Shown one piece after another: positions 12,700-26,279 of a stretch of 64,000 nt of DNA. Each line of letters starts with the position of its first letter. Position 1 is the first letter of the stretch. The stretch comes from Malacoraja senta (lineage: Eukaryota). The position numbers and the translations under genes were made by a program. Below the pieces are notes generated by a model that saw only the letters and a program-made list of their open reading frames with translations, did not search any database and was not told the origin of the DNA. The stretch lies in assembly GCA_038087875.1 (NCBI GenBank), contig JAXLNO010004261.1, positions 1 to 64,000 of the forward strand, written 5' to 3'.

Positions 12700-15600
12700 T
12701 GCTGTAAGGTTGCAAACTCGTTTGCTCCCTTAACTTTTAACTTCCACTGACCACTCTTTCAATGTTACTGGTGACTATTTGACTTCAAGACACCGTCTAA
12801 CTGTTCATAAAGTGTTGATAACACTTTTACACGCCTTAATCGTGAAAAGGATGGAGACAAGAAGGAAAGGAGGATCCCCAAAGAAGGAACTGGGGAAAAG
12901 CCATAACCACAGCTGCAGCTTCTGATTCCAGCATCATAGAAGCAATATCGAAAATGAACGATGAATTGAAAAATGAGCTGAAAAATGAAATGAAAACAAG
13001 ATTTGGCAGTTTGGAAGAAATGGTGAAAGGAGTTTCGACCAAATTAGAAACATAGAAACATAGAAAATAGGTGCAGGAGTAGGCTATTCGGCCCTTCGAG
13101 CCTGCACCGCCATTCAATATGATCATGGCTGATCATCCAACTCAGTATCCTGTACCTGCCTTCTCTCCATACCGCCTGATCCCTTTAGCCACAAGGGCCA
13201 CATCTAACTCCCTCTTAAATATAGCCAATGAACTGGCCTCAACTACCTTCTGTGGCAGAGAGTTCCAGAGATTCACCACTCTCTGTGTGAAAAAAAAATT
13301 CTCATCTCGGTCCTAAAGGATTTCCCCTTAATACTTAAACTGTGACCCCTTGTCCTGGACTTCCCCAACATTGGGAACAATCTTCCTGCATCTAGCCTGT
13401 CCAACCCCTTAAGAATTTTGTACGTTTCTATAAGATCCCCCCTCAATCTTCTAAATTCTAGCGAGTACAAACCGAGTCTATCCAGTCTTTCTTCATATGA
13501 AAGTCCTGACATCCCAGGAATCAGTCTGGTGAACCTTCTCTGTACTCCCTCTATGGCAAGAATGTATTTCCTCAGATTAGGAGACCAAAACTGTACGCAA
13601 TACTCCAGGTGTGGTCTCACCAAGACCCGGTACAACTGCAGTAGAACCTCCCTGCTCCTATACTCAAATCCTTTTGCTATGAATGCTAACATACCATTCG
13701 CCTTCTTCACTGCCTGCTGCACCTGTATGCCTACTTTTAATGACTGGTGTACCATGACACCCAGGTCTCGTTGCATCTCCCCTTTTCCTAATCAGCCACC
13801 ATTCTGATAATAGTCTACTTTCCTGTTTTTGCCGCCAAAGTGGACAACCTCACATTTATTCACATTATACTGCATCTGCCATGCATTTTCCCACTCAACC
13901 AGCCTATCCAAGTCACCTTGCAGCCTCCGAGCATCCTCCTCACAGCTAACACTGCCCCCCAGCGATGTGTCATCCGCAAACTTGGAGATGTTGCATTCAA
14001 TTCCCTCGTCCAAATCATTAATATATATCGTAAATAGCTGGGGTCCCAGCACTGAGCCATAGCGGTACCCCACTAGTCACTGCCTGCCATTGTGTAAAGG
14101 ACCCGTTTACTCCTACGCTTTGCTTCCTGTCTGCCAGCCAGTTCTCTATCCACATCAATACTGAACCCCCAATACCGTGTGCTTTAAGTTTGTATACTAA
14201 TCTCTTATGTGGGACCTTGTCGAAAGCCTTCTGAAAGTCCAGATATAACACATCAACTCGTTCTCCCTTATCCACTCTACTAGTTACATCATCGAAAAAT
14301 TCTATAAGATTCGTCAGACATGATTTACCTTTCATAAATCCATGCTGACTTTGTCCAATGATTTCACCACTTTCCAAATGTGCTGCTATCCCATCTTTAA
14401 TAACTGATTCTAGCAGTTTCCCCACTACCGACGTTAGACTAACTGGTCTGTAATTCCCCGTTTTCTCTCTCCCTCCCTTTTTAAAAAGTGGGGTTACATT
14501 AGCTACCCTCCAATCCTCAGGAACTACTCCAGAATCTAAAGAGTTTTGAAAAATTATCACTAATGCATCCACTATTTCTGGGGCTACTTCCTTAAGTAAT
14601 CTGGGATGCAGCCTATCTGGCCCTGGGGATTTATCGGCCTTTAATCCATTCAATTTACCTAACACCACTTCCCGGCTAACCTGGATTTCACTCAGTTCCT
14701 CCATCTCATTTGACCCCCGGTCCCCTGCTATTTCCGGCAGATTATTTATGTCTTCCTTATTGAAGACAGAACCAAAGTTGTTATTCAATTGGTCTGCCAT
14801 GTCCTTGTTCCCCATGATCAATTCACCTGTTTCTGACTGCAAGGGACCTACATTTGTTTTAACTAATCTTTTTCTCTTCACATATCTATAAAAGCTTTTG
14901 CAGTCACTTTTTATGTTCCCTGCCAGTTTTCTTTCATAATCTATTTTCGCTTTCCTAATTAAGCCCTTTGTCCTCCTCTGCCGGACTCTGAATTTCTCCC
15001 AGTCCTCTGGTAGGCTGCTTTTTCTGGCTAATTTGTACGCTTCATCTTTTGTTTTGATACTATCCCTGATTTCCCTTGTTATCCACGGATGCACTACCTT
15101 CCCTGATTTATTTTTTTGCCAAACTGGGATGAACAATTGTTGTAGTTCATCCATGCAGTCTTTAAATGCCTTCCATTGCATATCTACCGTCAACCCATTA
15201 ATAATCAATTGCCAGTCTATCTTGGCCAATTCACTTCTCATACCCTCAAAGTTACCTTTCTTTAAGTTCAGGACCTTTGTTTCTGAATTAACAATGTCAC
15301 TCTCCATCCTAATGAAGAACTCAACCATATTATGGTCACTCTTGCCCAAGGGGCCACGCACAACAAGACTGCTAATTATCCCTTCCTCATTACTCAATAC
15401 CCAATCTAGAATAGCCTGCTCTCTCGTTGGTTCCTCTACATGTTGTAGAAAACTATCCCGCATACATTCCAAGAAATCCTCTTCCTCAGCACCCCTGCCA
15501 ATTTGATTCACCCAATCTATATGTAGATTGAAGTCACCCATTATAACTGTTTTACCTTTGTTGCACGCATTTCTAATTTCCTGTTTGATGCCATCCCCAA

Positions 15601-18600
15601 CTCCACTACTTTGAAGGAAGTCCAAGGAAAACTCTTTGTTACAAGATGAACTTCGTGAACAAAAGGATCAAATTGATATCTTGCGCACCCTGGGACAGGA
15701 GAGAGATTTGAAGATTGAAAAATTGGAACGGAGAATGAATGAAAACACTTCAGCAATACAAGTATAAAAATATGGACTTAGAAAACAGAAGCCGTCATTT
15801 GAATTTACGAATTGTTGGTTTGCCTGAAGGCCAAGAAGGAAATAACGTTATAAAATATGCTTCTAAAATGATAAAGGAAACATTCAACATTGAGCACAAT
15901 GAAAACCTTCCGTTCATGGATAAGGCACACAGGATTGGGAAGAAATCCGGTAATAAACCGAGACACTTGATCATTCGGTTTCATTTTTTTCAAATGAAGA
16001 AGAATATTCTCCAGGCAACAAAAAAGTTGGGTGTGGTTGAATATGAAGGATATAAGTTTTGGGTTGTCCCTGATTATAGTTACGAGCTTTTGGAAATAAG
16101 AAAGACTTTTTATAATGTAATGTCTGATTTGTATAAGAAAAAACTGCGCCCAGCTCTATTATTTCCAGCTAGATTGCGTATTCGGCTTTTCAATGGTAAC
16201 TTTCGATTTTTTAACAGTCCTCAAGACGCCTCCAGCTGCGTCTGAAGAGCTACGACGAGGAAGGGGAGTAATTGATAGCTGATTAAGTTATAATTGGAGA
16301 TTTACTGTTCCTATTTTGACAACATTTCGTTTGGTAATGATTAAGAATTTAACTGGACGAGTTGTTTTTCTTTTATATATATTCTTTTAAGAATTTCTTT
16401 GTTAATTCGTGTTCCCCTGTCATTAGACAAACTAAGAGAACGCAGTTCTTGTTTTTCATATTTTGACCTTGGATAATAAAAAGCAGCATTCCATGCCAGT
16501 CTGTATTTTTTTTCCTTCTCTCTCAAAGAGATAATAACAAATGTGTTATGACGTAGTGGTTAAATGTTATTCATTTTATGCTGAGCGCTGTTACTGGGAG
16601 AGATGGGATTGGGGAGGGGATTAGGTAGTTTGCTGACTGTCTTTTGGTCAGTTTGGGGTTCTACAGGGCTGGGAGGGGGGAAGGGGGAGGGGTCCCTATT
16701 TTGTGAACTCCATTTGTGCAAATTCTGAACTACAAAATTGGCTGAAATATCGTCACTTCTGGCTCCGCCCTAGATTTTTCTTCTTCCAGTATTATGAACT
16801 TTTAGGCTTCAAGAAATTAACCCATTACATCCCACATGATTTTTTACAAGCAATATGGATAAAGTTACTCATTTCCTTTCATGGAATGTGAATGGCTTGA
16901 ACCATCCCATTAAGAGGACATTTATTTTTAAAGTTCTTCACGGACTAAATGCTCAGATTATCTTTGTTCAGGAAACTCATGTAAGGCAAGATGACAAGTC
17001 ACGATTTTTCAAGTTTTGGAGAGGACAGCAGTTTCATTCAAATTCACAGGCTAAGGTGAAAGGAGTCTCTATTTTTATTGACTCCTCAATTCCGTTTGTT
17101 CACCATGAAACAATTTCTGATCCATATGGCAGATTCTTGGTGATTACCAGTGTCCTTTATAGGCAAAAAGTCATATGGTGAATGTCTATGCACCAAATAT
17201 TGATCACCATGAGTTTTTTAAACAGTTAATTGCATCCTTTCCTAATTTAAATTAACCCCTTTTTAATAATGGGTGGAGACTTCAATTGCTGTTTGAATCC
17301 CTCGATTGATAGGTCTACATCTGATCATGCGCTTCCAAATAAATCAGCAAATTTTATTAATTCTTTTTTACTTGACTCGGGAATGTTAGAAATTTGGAGA
17401 TTCTTACACGCAAATGACAAAGAATTTTCATTTTTCTCTCATGTATATCATAGTTATTCTAGGATCGACTATTTTATACTAGATTCTCGGCTAGTTCCAT
17501 CCGTCATTGCATGTGAGTATGATACAATTGCTATTTCTGATCATGCACCAGTGAAACTATTGATCAAACTACCTGATTCCAAGTTTAGTGCTAAACAATG
17601 GCGATTTAATGCTACTTTGCTTCAAGACTTAAACTTTATTAAGTTTATGAAAGATCAGATTGCTTTTTACTTCTTGACAAACTCTAATGAAGAGATATCC
17701 AATGGTATAGTTTGGGATGCTTTTAAGGCATATATTCGTGGACAAATTATTTCATACTCCGCGGGATTAAAAAAACAAACACAAAAAGAAATACGCACAT
17801 TGGCTGACGAGATTAAAGAAATTGATAAAAAATATTCAAAAGCTCCTAGTTTAGAGCTCTATAAGAATAGAGTTGAACTTCAATTGAGATATGATTTGTT
17901 ATTAGAATCACCGATTGAGAACCAGTTACTTAAAACCAAAAGTCAATTTTATATAAATGGCGAAAAATCTGGTAAATTACTTGCTAATCAATTGAAGCAG
18001 TGTTGGCCAAGCGTCAGATTACAAAAGTGTGTAAACGGGATGGTACAGTAACTGTAGACCATGACGAACTTAATAAATCCTTTCAGGAATTTTATACCTC
18101 CCTATACCAATCACATTTTCCTACTGATTCCAATATAATGCATGAGTTTTTAAAGAAACTGAACTTACCAAATTTACCATACAATGAGTCTCTGTTGTTA
18201 GATGAACCCATCACGGAAGAAGAAATACAGAAAGCAATTTTTTCAATGAATTCTGGTAAAGCTCCCGGTTTAGATGGGTTTACAGTAGAATTTTTAAAGC
18301 ATTTCTCAAATTTATTGTCTCCATGGCTATGCAAGGTATTTAAAGAAGCCTTTTTAAGGAATAGATTACCACAATCCTTTTATGAAGCATCTATTTCTTT
18401 AATTTAAAAAAAAGATAAAGCCCCTACTGAAGTGACATCATATAGACCTATATCACTGTTAAAAGTAGATTTTAAAATTCTTTCCAAAATATTAGCTATG
18501 AGATTGGAAAAGATTTTACTGCAAATTATCTCTGAAGATCAGACAGGTTTTATTAAAAATCGTTACTCATTCTTTAATGTTAGGAGATTAATAAATATTG

Positions 18601-21083
18601 TATATACAGCGTCTAATAAAACCCCAGAAAGTGCCATCTCACTTGATGCCGAGAAGGCTATTGATAGAGTAGAATGGAATACTTATTCAATATACTTGAA
18701 AAAGTTAAGATTGGTCCAAAATTTATCTCTTGGATCAAACTGCTATATCTTATACCTCAGGCTTCTGTATTTACTGATAATCAGAGATCCCCCTTTTTCA
18801 GGCTCTTTCAAGGTACTAGACAGGGCTGTCCCTTAAGTCCTTTACTATTTGATATTGCTTTGGAAACTTTAGCCACTGCTATTAGGGAATCCCCTAATAT
18901 TTTTGGTATTGTCCGCGGGAATAAGACACATAAGCTATCTCTTTATGCAGATGATCTGTTATTATTTATTTCTAACCCTGAGAAATCTATTCCGGCAATA
19001 GTAGCATTACTTAATCAATTCAGTAGTTTTTCTGGTTATAAACTAAATCTTAGTAAGAGTGAGCTTTCCCATTATATAATTTTGTTTCGAGTTATGGACA
19101 GTTTCCATTTAGATTGACTACCGAAAGTTTTACTTATTTAGGTATTAAGATCACCAAGAAACACAAGGATTTATTTAAAGCTAATTTTATTCCTTTAATT
19201 GACCATATTAAACATCAGTTCACTAAATGGTCACCAATGTCCTTATCCTTAATTGGCCGAATCAATACTATTAAAATGTTCATTTTACCTAAATTTCTGT
19301 ATTTATTTCAGACGATACCAATTTTTATTGCCAAATCTTTCTTTGATATTATAGATCTAAAATTTCTTCATATATATGGCAGAATAAAAATGCCAGACTA
19401 GGTAAAAAATACCTACAGAAATCAAAAAAAGTTGGTGGTTTGGCATTGCCGAACCGTAGACTATACTATTGGGCAGTCAATGTTCGTTATTTAACATTTT
19501 GGACAAAAGATTTAGAAGATACCCAATGCCCTGGATGGATAAACCTAGAACGTGATTCCTTACAAGGGCTATAATTGGCTTCTATTCTAGGGACCTCGTT
19601 ACCTTTTACAATTACGAGATTGAATAAATATATGATGAACCCAATAATAAGACATACGTTCCGAATACGGTTTCAATTTCATAAGTTTTTTGGACTATCT
19701 GATGTTATCCAAATTTCTCTTCCAACCATCTAGTACTGATCAAGTTTTTTTGTTATGGAAGAGGAAGGGATTAGTAGCTTTTCGTGATTTGTTTTTGGAG
19801 GGTTGTTTTATGTCTTTCGAACAACTCTCCAATAAATATAACTTACCTAATTCACACTTTTTTAGATATTTACAAATTAGACAAAAGGAACTACCTCTTT
19901 TTCCGCTACCACATCAACCCGAAATTTTGGATTTTTTTTTACAGTTGAACCCTTATCAGAAAGGATTAATAACGACTATTCATGAGTTGATTTTAAAATT
20001 ACAAATAGATACATTTGATTAAATTAAGAATGACTGGGAAAGAGAACTCCAAATTTCTTTAGCTATAGAGAAATGGGAGAGGATCCTTCAATTAGTTAAT
20101 ACCTCTTCAATGTGTGCAAGACACACTTTGATACAATTGAAGGTGGTTCACAGAGCTCATATGTCAAAAGATAAGTTAGCTCGTTTTTATGGTCATATAA
20201 ATCCTACCTGTGACAGATGTAACTCTGAAGTGGCATCACTGACCCATATGTTTTGGTCCTGCCCTCTTTTGGAAAAATATTGGAAATAAATTTTTGATAC
20301 TATTTCGGTAGTCTTAGGTATAGATTTACAACCTCATCCTATTACTGCAATTTTTGGGTTACCAATGTTAGATTCTATTCATTTGTCCCACTCCGCCCAT
20401 CGGTTGATTGCTTTTACCACATTAATTGCCAGAAGATTTATTTTCATTAAATGGAAAGATTCCAACCCTCCGACCACACTCCAGTGGTATTCTGAAACGA
20501 TATCATGTTTAAATTTAGAAAAAATCAGGTGACATTGTTGAACCCTTGGTTAAATTTGATAAGACTTGGGGAAAATTTATTGAACACTTTCATACAACAT
20601 AAATTGATCCCTCTTTAACCGTTATAAAAATTATTTTACCTTCATAGAGTGGAACGGACTTGACGACAAACAGACTTAAATTGTTGAATTTCTCAGTTCA
20701 GATTCGGGTTTGCTCTGTTTTGTTTTTATTTATTTATTTTATTTTTATTCTTATTTTATTATTATCCAATTTTTTTAATTTTTTTTTAGTTTAGGCGGGT
20801 TTTGTTTTTTGTTTTTCTTTTTGACTTTTTATCTTTGCTTTTTTTTACATTTATGTTTCCTTTTAAAGATTTAACTATATTTACATAGAGACGGAGAGGT
20901 CTATATTCATTGGGTATTTTGACACTGGTCTCATATTAGTTTATACCTGTTATTAATGTAATCCTGATCCCTATGTATCAATACCATTGTTATGTTTATC
21001 ATTATTCTTTTTGCTCTGTTTTTTATGTTTTATTTTTGTTTTTGTTTTTTGGAAAAAAAACAATAAAAAGATTTTAAAAGAAA
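12700..21083 (+). mobile_element. Near full-length decayed L1 LINE: ORF1 about 12851-16245 (split by a CR1), ORF2 from 16855 with frameshifts and stops, T-rich 3' UTR, A-rich tail
   Basis: ORF1 DLENRSRHLNLRIVGLPEG...AHRIG (L1 ORF1 type); EN LSWNVNGLN, QETH, GGDFN, SRIDY, SDHAP; RT GKAPGLDGF, YRPISLL, GTRQGCPLSPLLF, YADD; C-terminal CDRC...H.FW.C. The 5' boundary is approximate. Confidence 0.93.
13045..15610 (-). mobile_element. Young 5'-truncated CR1 LINE inserted in L1 ORF1
   Basis: 535-aa open frame (EN C-half plus RT N-half) and further RT frames; (catagaaa)n tail. The L1 ORF1 reads through when it is removed (KLET|LKEVQG). Confidence 0.96.
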
Positions 21084-21084
21084 G

Positions 21085-21625
21085 GTACTGAATAAAAAAG
21101 TTGGGATGTTCTGCTACAGTTGTACAAGATGTTGGTGAGGTCACATTTGGAGTATTGTGTTAAGTTTTGGTCACTCCACTATCGGAAGGATGTCATTAAC
21201 AGGGCCTGTGATTCAGGGAGAGGATGAGAATGCTTGGACTTTAGTCCTTGGCACGCAAGAGGCTGAGGGGTGATCTTATAGAAATTTATAAAATCAAGGA
21301 GCATAGTTAGATTGAATGCACAGAATCTTTTAACCAGCCTTATGTAATCAAGAACCAGAGGACTTAGGTTTAAGGTGAGAAGGAAACGAGTTACTTGGAA
21401 CCAGAGGAAGTGGAAATTTGGAAGAACATTCCAGGGGAAGGAGTTGAGGCAGGTATTAAAAAAACATTTTAGAACACACTTGGACAGGTACATACTGTAG
21501 ATAGGAAAGGTTCAGTGAGATATGGGTCAATTGCAGGAAAGTAGTAGTTCAAACATGGCATCTTGGTTGACATGGCCAAGTTGAGGCAATGGGCCCATTT
21601 CCATGCCGTATGACTCTATGGCTCC
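21085..21625 (+). mobile_element. CR1-clade 3' fragment
   Basis: ttggtgaggtcacatttggagtattgtg...aggggtgatcttatagaa remnants. Confidence 0.85.
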
Positions 21626-22184
21626 GTGGGCTTGAAAAGCCAATTCTTTTCCGTTTCACTGCTAAATGACAGTTAATCACCCTCACTAATAGTGACCACA
21701 ATGGCAGACCCATGACCATGACTGGTTTACAGTGATAATAAGCTAACCATTGCCTCGGTTCAAATATGCATGTCGTTGATGTTCAATGACTAAATTGTTG
21801 CTGCATTCTTAGTTTTGGCAAGGTGGGAAATGGCTTGGTTCTGATCTGGGTGCTGAAGCTGTTAGGCATCTTGATACCATGAAAGCAGAACCTCCGTTTC
21901 AGGAAATATACTTGCTGAATGGTGTCTCAGACCAGCAATGCCAGGGAACATTGTATTTTGAAGAGGAAATATTACACAACCAAGGACAAGTGCTCGAGAA
22001 AGCAGCACGTCTGTTATTTCAATGAAAACTCTGCTCTTCATCCATCTTGACATTTTGATCACCCAGTTTAGTTTATAATATTGTATAACATTTGCAATCA
22101 ATTCTCAGTTTATGACATTTACAGCTGGCGTGAAGATGCATCACTCAATACCTTCTGTCTTCCAATATAGTTTATTTAATAGAA

Positions 22185-22355
22185 AGATAGAAACATAAAA
22201 AAATAGGTGCAGGAATAGGCTATTCGGCCCTTTGAGCCAGCACCGCCATTCAATACAATCATGGCTGATCATCTAAAATTAGTACTCCGATCTGGCTTTT
22301 CCCCCATATCCCTTGATTCGTTTAGCCCTAAGAGCTAAATCTAACTATCTCTTGA
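22185..22355 (-). mobile_element. CR1 3' tail fragment
   Basis: tagaaacat...aaataggtgcagga tail. Confidence 0.85.
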
Positions 22356-22359
22356 AATC

Positions 22360-22590
22360 AGTGATACAGTGTGTAAACAGGCCATTTGTGCCGCCAAATC
22401 CATACTAACCAGCAATCACCCATTCATAATAGATTTCCCATCCACCCCCTACACTGTCAGGGTGACTTACCGAGGATGATTACCTGCACACCTGTGCAAA
22501 CTCCACGTAGACAGTACCCGAGGTCCAGATTGAACCTGGGTCTCAGGCGTTGTGAGGCAGTTCTACCAGCTGCACTACCATGCTGCATTA
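22360..22590 (-). mobile_element. V-SINE (HE1-like)
   Basis: Reverse-complement SINE head and tail. Confidence 0.75.
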
Positions 22591-23069
22591 CATACAAACT
22601 CTAAATCCTACACTGACTTTCCCTTCCACTTGTTATATTCAACACAATAACTCCTTTACACAGGAGGAAAGTGAACTGCAATTCATCACCAGAATATATC
22701 TTACAACAGTGTGATCACAGGCAAGAAACCAGTGATATAGATGACTGAATTTACACTAAAACCCTGATCATCCAGCTCTCTTGGGATTTAGGAAATTGTA
22801 GATTTTAAGGACTGCTGCATGTTACTCCAAACATACTTTAATTCAACTCATTGGGGCACTTGTTGAGCACGTCAGTGGTCGAGGTGCATCTGTGCACTAC
22901 TTTCAGACTTAAGCGGAGGAATACCCATTGTAATTTGCCTGAAGAGTCTCGAACCAGAATGTCACCTATATGTTGCCTGACCTGCTGAGTTACTCTAGCA
23001 CCATCCCTCACAGTCTTTTCCAATCTTATAATTCAAAAATAGTCAGCATCTACATCATAAAGAGTCATG

Positions 23070-23300
23070 GAAATATATAAACATGGCCTTTGTCCCACTG
23101 ACCTGCACCAACCATTCATGTACACTAATCCTACATTTGTCCTACATTCTCATCAGCTCTCCCCACATTGTATCATGCACAATCCAGGGACAACTAACCT
23201 CCAAACCATGTTTTGGGGATGTGGGAGGAAACCAGAGCACCTGGGGAAACGCACATGGTCACAGGAACTACATGCAAACTCCACAGATGTCGGTATTTAA
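23070..23300 (-). mobile_element. V-SINE (HE1-like)
   Basis: tgtgggaggaaaccagagcacctgggg central domain. Confidence 0.75.
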
Positions 23301-23462
23301 TTAAGGTCTCTGACTCAGTGCTGCCCTGTTTCACATTGTAGTCCACCTGTCATGTTGTTGCTCATTCATTCGACTTTCCACTTTGAACCATTTCTCCCAC
23401 TACTCACATTCCCACTTAATTTTGAGTCATAGAAACATAGTCTTCCAGCAACAGCGGCCTTG

Positions 23463-23772
23463 GTGGCAGCTACTGTGTGCAGCAGTAGAGTTGCTGCCTT
23501 ACAGCGCTTGCAGCACCGGAGACCCGGGTTCGATCCCGACTACTGATGCTGTCTGTACAGAGTTTGTACGTTCTCCCCATGACCGCGTGTGTTTTCTCCG
23601 AGATCTAAGGTTTCCTCCCACACTCCAAAGACGTACAGGTATGTAGGTTAATTGGCATGGTGTGTGTGTGTGTGTAGGATAGTGTTAATGTGCGGGGATC
23701 ACTGGTCAGCGCAGACTCGATGGGCCGAAGGGCCTGTTTCGTCACTGTATCTCTAAATTAAACTAAACAAAA
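23463..23772 (+). mobile_element. V-SINE (HE1-like), full length
   Basis: gtagagttgctgccttacagc...gacccgggttcgatccc...gggccgaagggcctgttt...ctaaa tail. Confidence 0.9.
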
Positions 23773-23849
23773 CTAGTAAATGTTAAACTGCAACCAATCT
23801 GCCTCGTAACTGACTTGGATCATGAACAGTGCGAGCCCCCAACAGAGCA

Positions 23850-24150
23850 GCACAGTGTCACAACTGGTAGAGCTGCTGCCTCACTGCGACACAGACCCGG
23901 GTTCAATTTTGACCTTGAGTGCCATCTATGTGGAGTTTGCACGTTCTCCGTGTAACCGCATTGGATCCCTCCAGGGGCTCCGGTTTCCTCACACATCCTA
24001 AGATGTGTCAGTTTATAGTTTAATTGGCCACTGTAAATTGCCCCTAGTGGGTGGGTGACTGGATGAGAAGGTGCAATGAGATAGAATTCATGAGAACAGG
24101 TGGTTGGTGGTTGGCATGGACACGGTGGGCCGAAAGGACTGCTTCCATGC
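23850..24150 (+). mobile_element. V-SINE (HE1-like)
   Basis: Same motifs, more diverged. Confidence 0.8.
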
Positions 24151-24411
24151 TGTACTTTTTAATGACTCAATGATATCTCTAGGATTTGGTGCAGTGAATC
24201 CATAATGTTTAACTTTTTTTTTTACACTGAATTCACAATTTTCAAATATCTGATCATCAGAAACATTTAACAACAGCACAAAGGCTAGTTGACAGTGGTG
24301 ACTGTCAAAGCATTTGAAGTGTAGCTGCTGCCTTATCCTACTTGAGATCGATCATTTCTTCAAGCCCAATACCTTTACTAGCAACAGTTCATCACAATTT
24401 TTCCATCTTAC

Positions 24412-24519
24412 CTCTCCTCTTTTTTCTCCACCAAACAATTACTGCCAAGACAATAGCCAGCAATATCAGCACACACACGGCAATAAGGCCTATGTGCCTG
24501 TCTTTCTTCCCATTTCCTT
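24412..24519 (-). CDS. MHC class I-like connecting peptide/transmembrane exon (EGNGKKDRHIGLIAVCVLILLAIVLAVIVWWRKKRR)
   Basis: Not in the ORF track; read by hand. Acceptor cttatttttcag|AA and donor AGA G|gtaaga; 108 nt, in frame with alpha3. About 22 hydrophobic residues followed by a basic stop-transfer motif. Confidence 0.88.
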
Positions 24520-26279
24520 CTGAAAAATAAGAATGCATAATTTTACATATCATTTGTTAAGCTGTGCAGCTAAATAGATTGGCACTCTCTGAAGACTTCA
24601 GGGTGAAGAAGGGTCTCGACCCGAAATGCCTCCTATTTCTTTTCTCAAGAGATGCTACCTGACCACTGAGTTACTCCAGCATTTTGTGTCTATCTTTGGC
24701 ACTTTTCAACATATATAAATATGTTGTTTTGAATCATGGAGATCTGCAACATGGCAAAGGGACAATATCTGTTCTGTACAACTCTATGATCTATGGCACC
24801 ATCACAGCCACAACTTAATTCATGAAAGAAGGTGAATTGAAAGCAGAAAGCTTTAACCCTATATAAACTATCATCTGTTTTGGGGAAAATTTTGGATTCC
24901 TTTCAGTAATGGCAGAACATTTAAGTAATAACAAAACAATAAAGTGCATTAACAGGAAAATTGTAGAATGAAAGAGATGCAGATACTGATTTATACAAAA
25001 GCTTTAGTTTAGTTTATTGTCACGAGTACTGAGGTGCAGTGAAAAGCTTTTGTTTCATGCTAACCAGTCAGTGGAAAGAATATACATGATAGACACAAAA
25101 TGCTGGAGTAACTGAGCGGAATAGGCAACATCTCTGGCGAACATGGACTCAGTCAGAAGGATCGTGACCCGAAACATCACCTATTCCTTTTCTCCAGAAA
25201 TGCTGCCTGACCAGCTGAGTTATTCCAGCAATTTGTGTCCATCTTCAGTGTAAACCAGCATTTGCAATTTCTCCCTACACATGGACAGGTGACATTTCGT
25301 TTACGGACCCTTCTTCAAACTTTGTTTGAGAAATTGATTAGAATTCTTTGAAATGCAACAGGAACCCGTAGACAATGTATATTTGAGCAGCAGTAGTTTG
25401 CAGGTGTGCACAGCCTAAAATTCAAAAACAAAATGATGGAAAAGCAGAATAGGTAACAAAATTGGAATGAGAAACAAAAGAAATACAATATATTGTAGAG
25501 ATCCAAGCTTCGTGAACAAATCAATGTTTTTTTAAAGAAATACAGTTTTGGCACACTCGTGTTTAGTAAGGACTTGAGCAAAGTTCCTGCCGTTGTTATC
25601 GGGCACACCAGTTGACTGGCGATTAACTCATCACCAACTCCCACCAAAACCCTGTCACATGATAGTCCCAGCTCCCCTGATGAGGGTTCTAGCAATAAGT
25701 GGCCTGACCACCAGATGTCGCCACAATATCTGGATTTTCATAAGATATCTGATCAAGTGATGCAAAGGCACATGGCTTATGACATTGGGGGTAATAATTA
25801 GCATGAATGGAAAAACAATTAAGAGCAAGCAGAGAGTTGTCTTAAAGGAGTGTTCAGGTTGGGAAACTGCAACTGCAGGATGGGAATCAATGCAAGAAAG
25901 TGAACTACTTATCGTTAGTATTAAGAGCAGATGAAGGGACTGGTGGCGCTGTAGCCTAGATTGCTGATGATACATAGATAGGTTGAAAATTATGTTCTGG
26001 AGTATGTCAACAGTCTTCAGAGTGAAATATCAGATTCCTTAGTTGTGCATTGTTCGAGGGAATCTTCAAAAGTGAGCATTTGTGTAGGTTAGTGCAGCAT
26101 ACCTCGAATCAAACTACGATCGCTGTTTGTCAGGCAGTTGTTTTTCGTTGCAGAAGCTGTGACTTGCTTCAGGGAACTTACTTCATTAGGTTTAGTTTTA
26201 TTAATGTCAGATGTTTCAAGATACAGTGCAAAGGTTTGTTTTGTATGCTATCCAAACAAATTAGATAATACTATAGATA

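Noticed and set aside
22838-22942. Alternative terminal exon after a Penelope-derived acceptor (GKLQWVFLRL...ELN*)
   Set aside because: The acceptor comes from a repeat tail and the phase-1 peptide does not look like a tail. It is less plausible than 11295-11335 but not excluded without cDNA.
23300-23346. Tail-like peptide VDYNVKQGSTESET
   Set aside because: It is in the wrong phase for the TM donor and the upstream sequence is purine-rich, making a poor acceptor.
23463-23560. tRNA-like B-box (GGTTCGATCC) as a tRNA gene
   Set aside because: It is the head of a tRNA-derived SINE, repeated about 20 times in the window, with no full cloverleaf.
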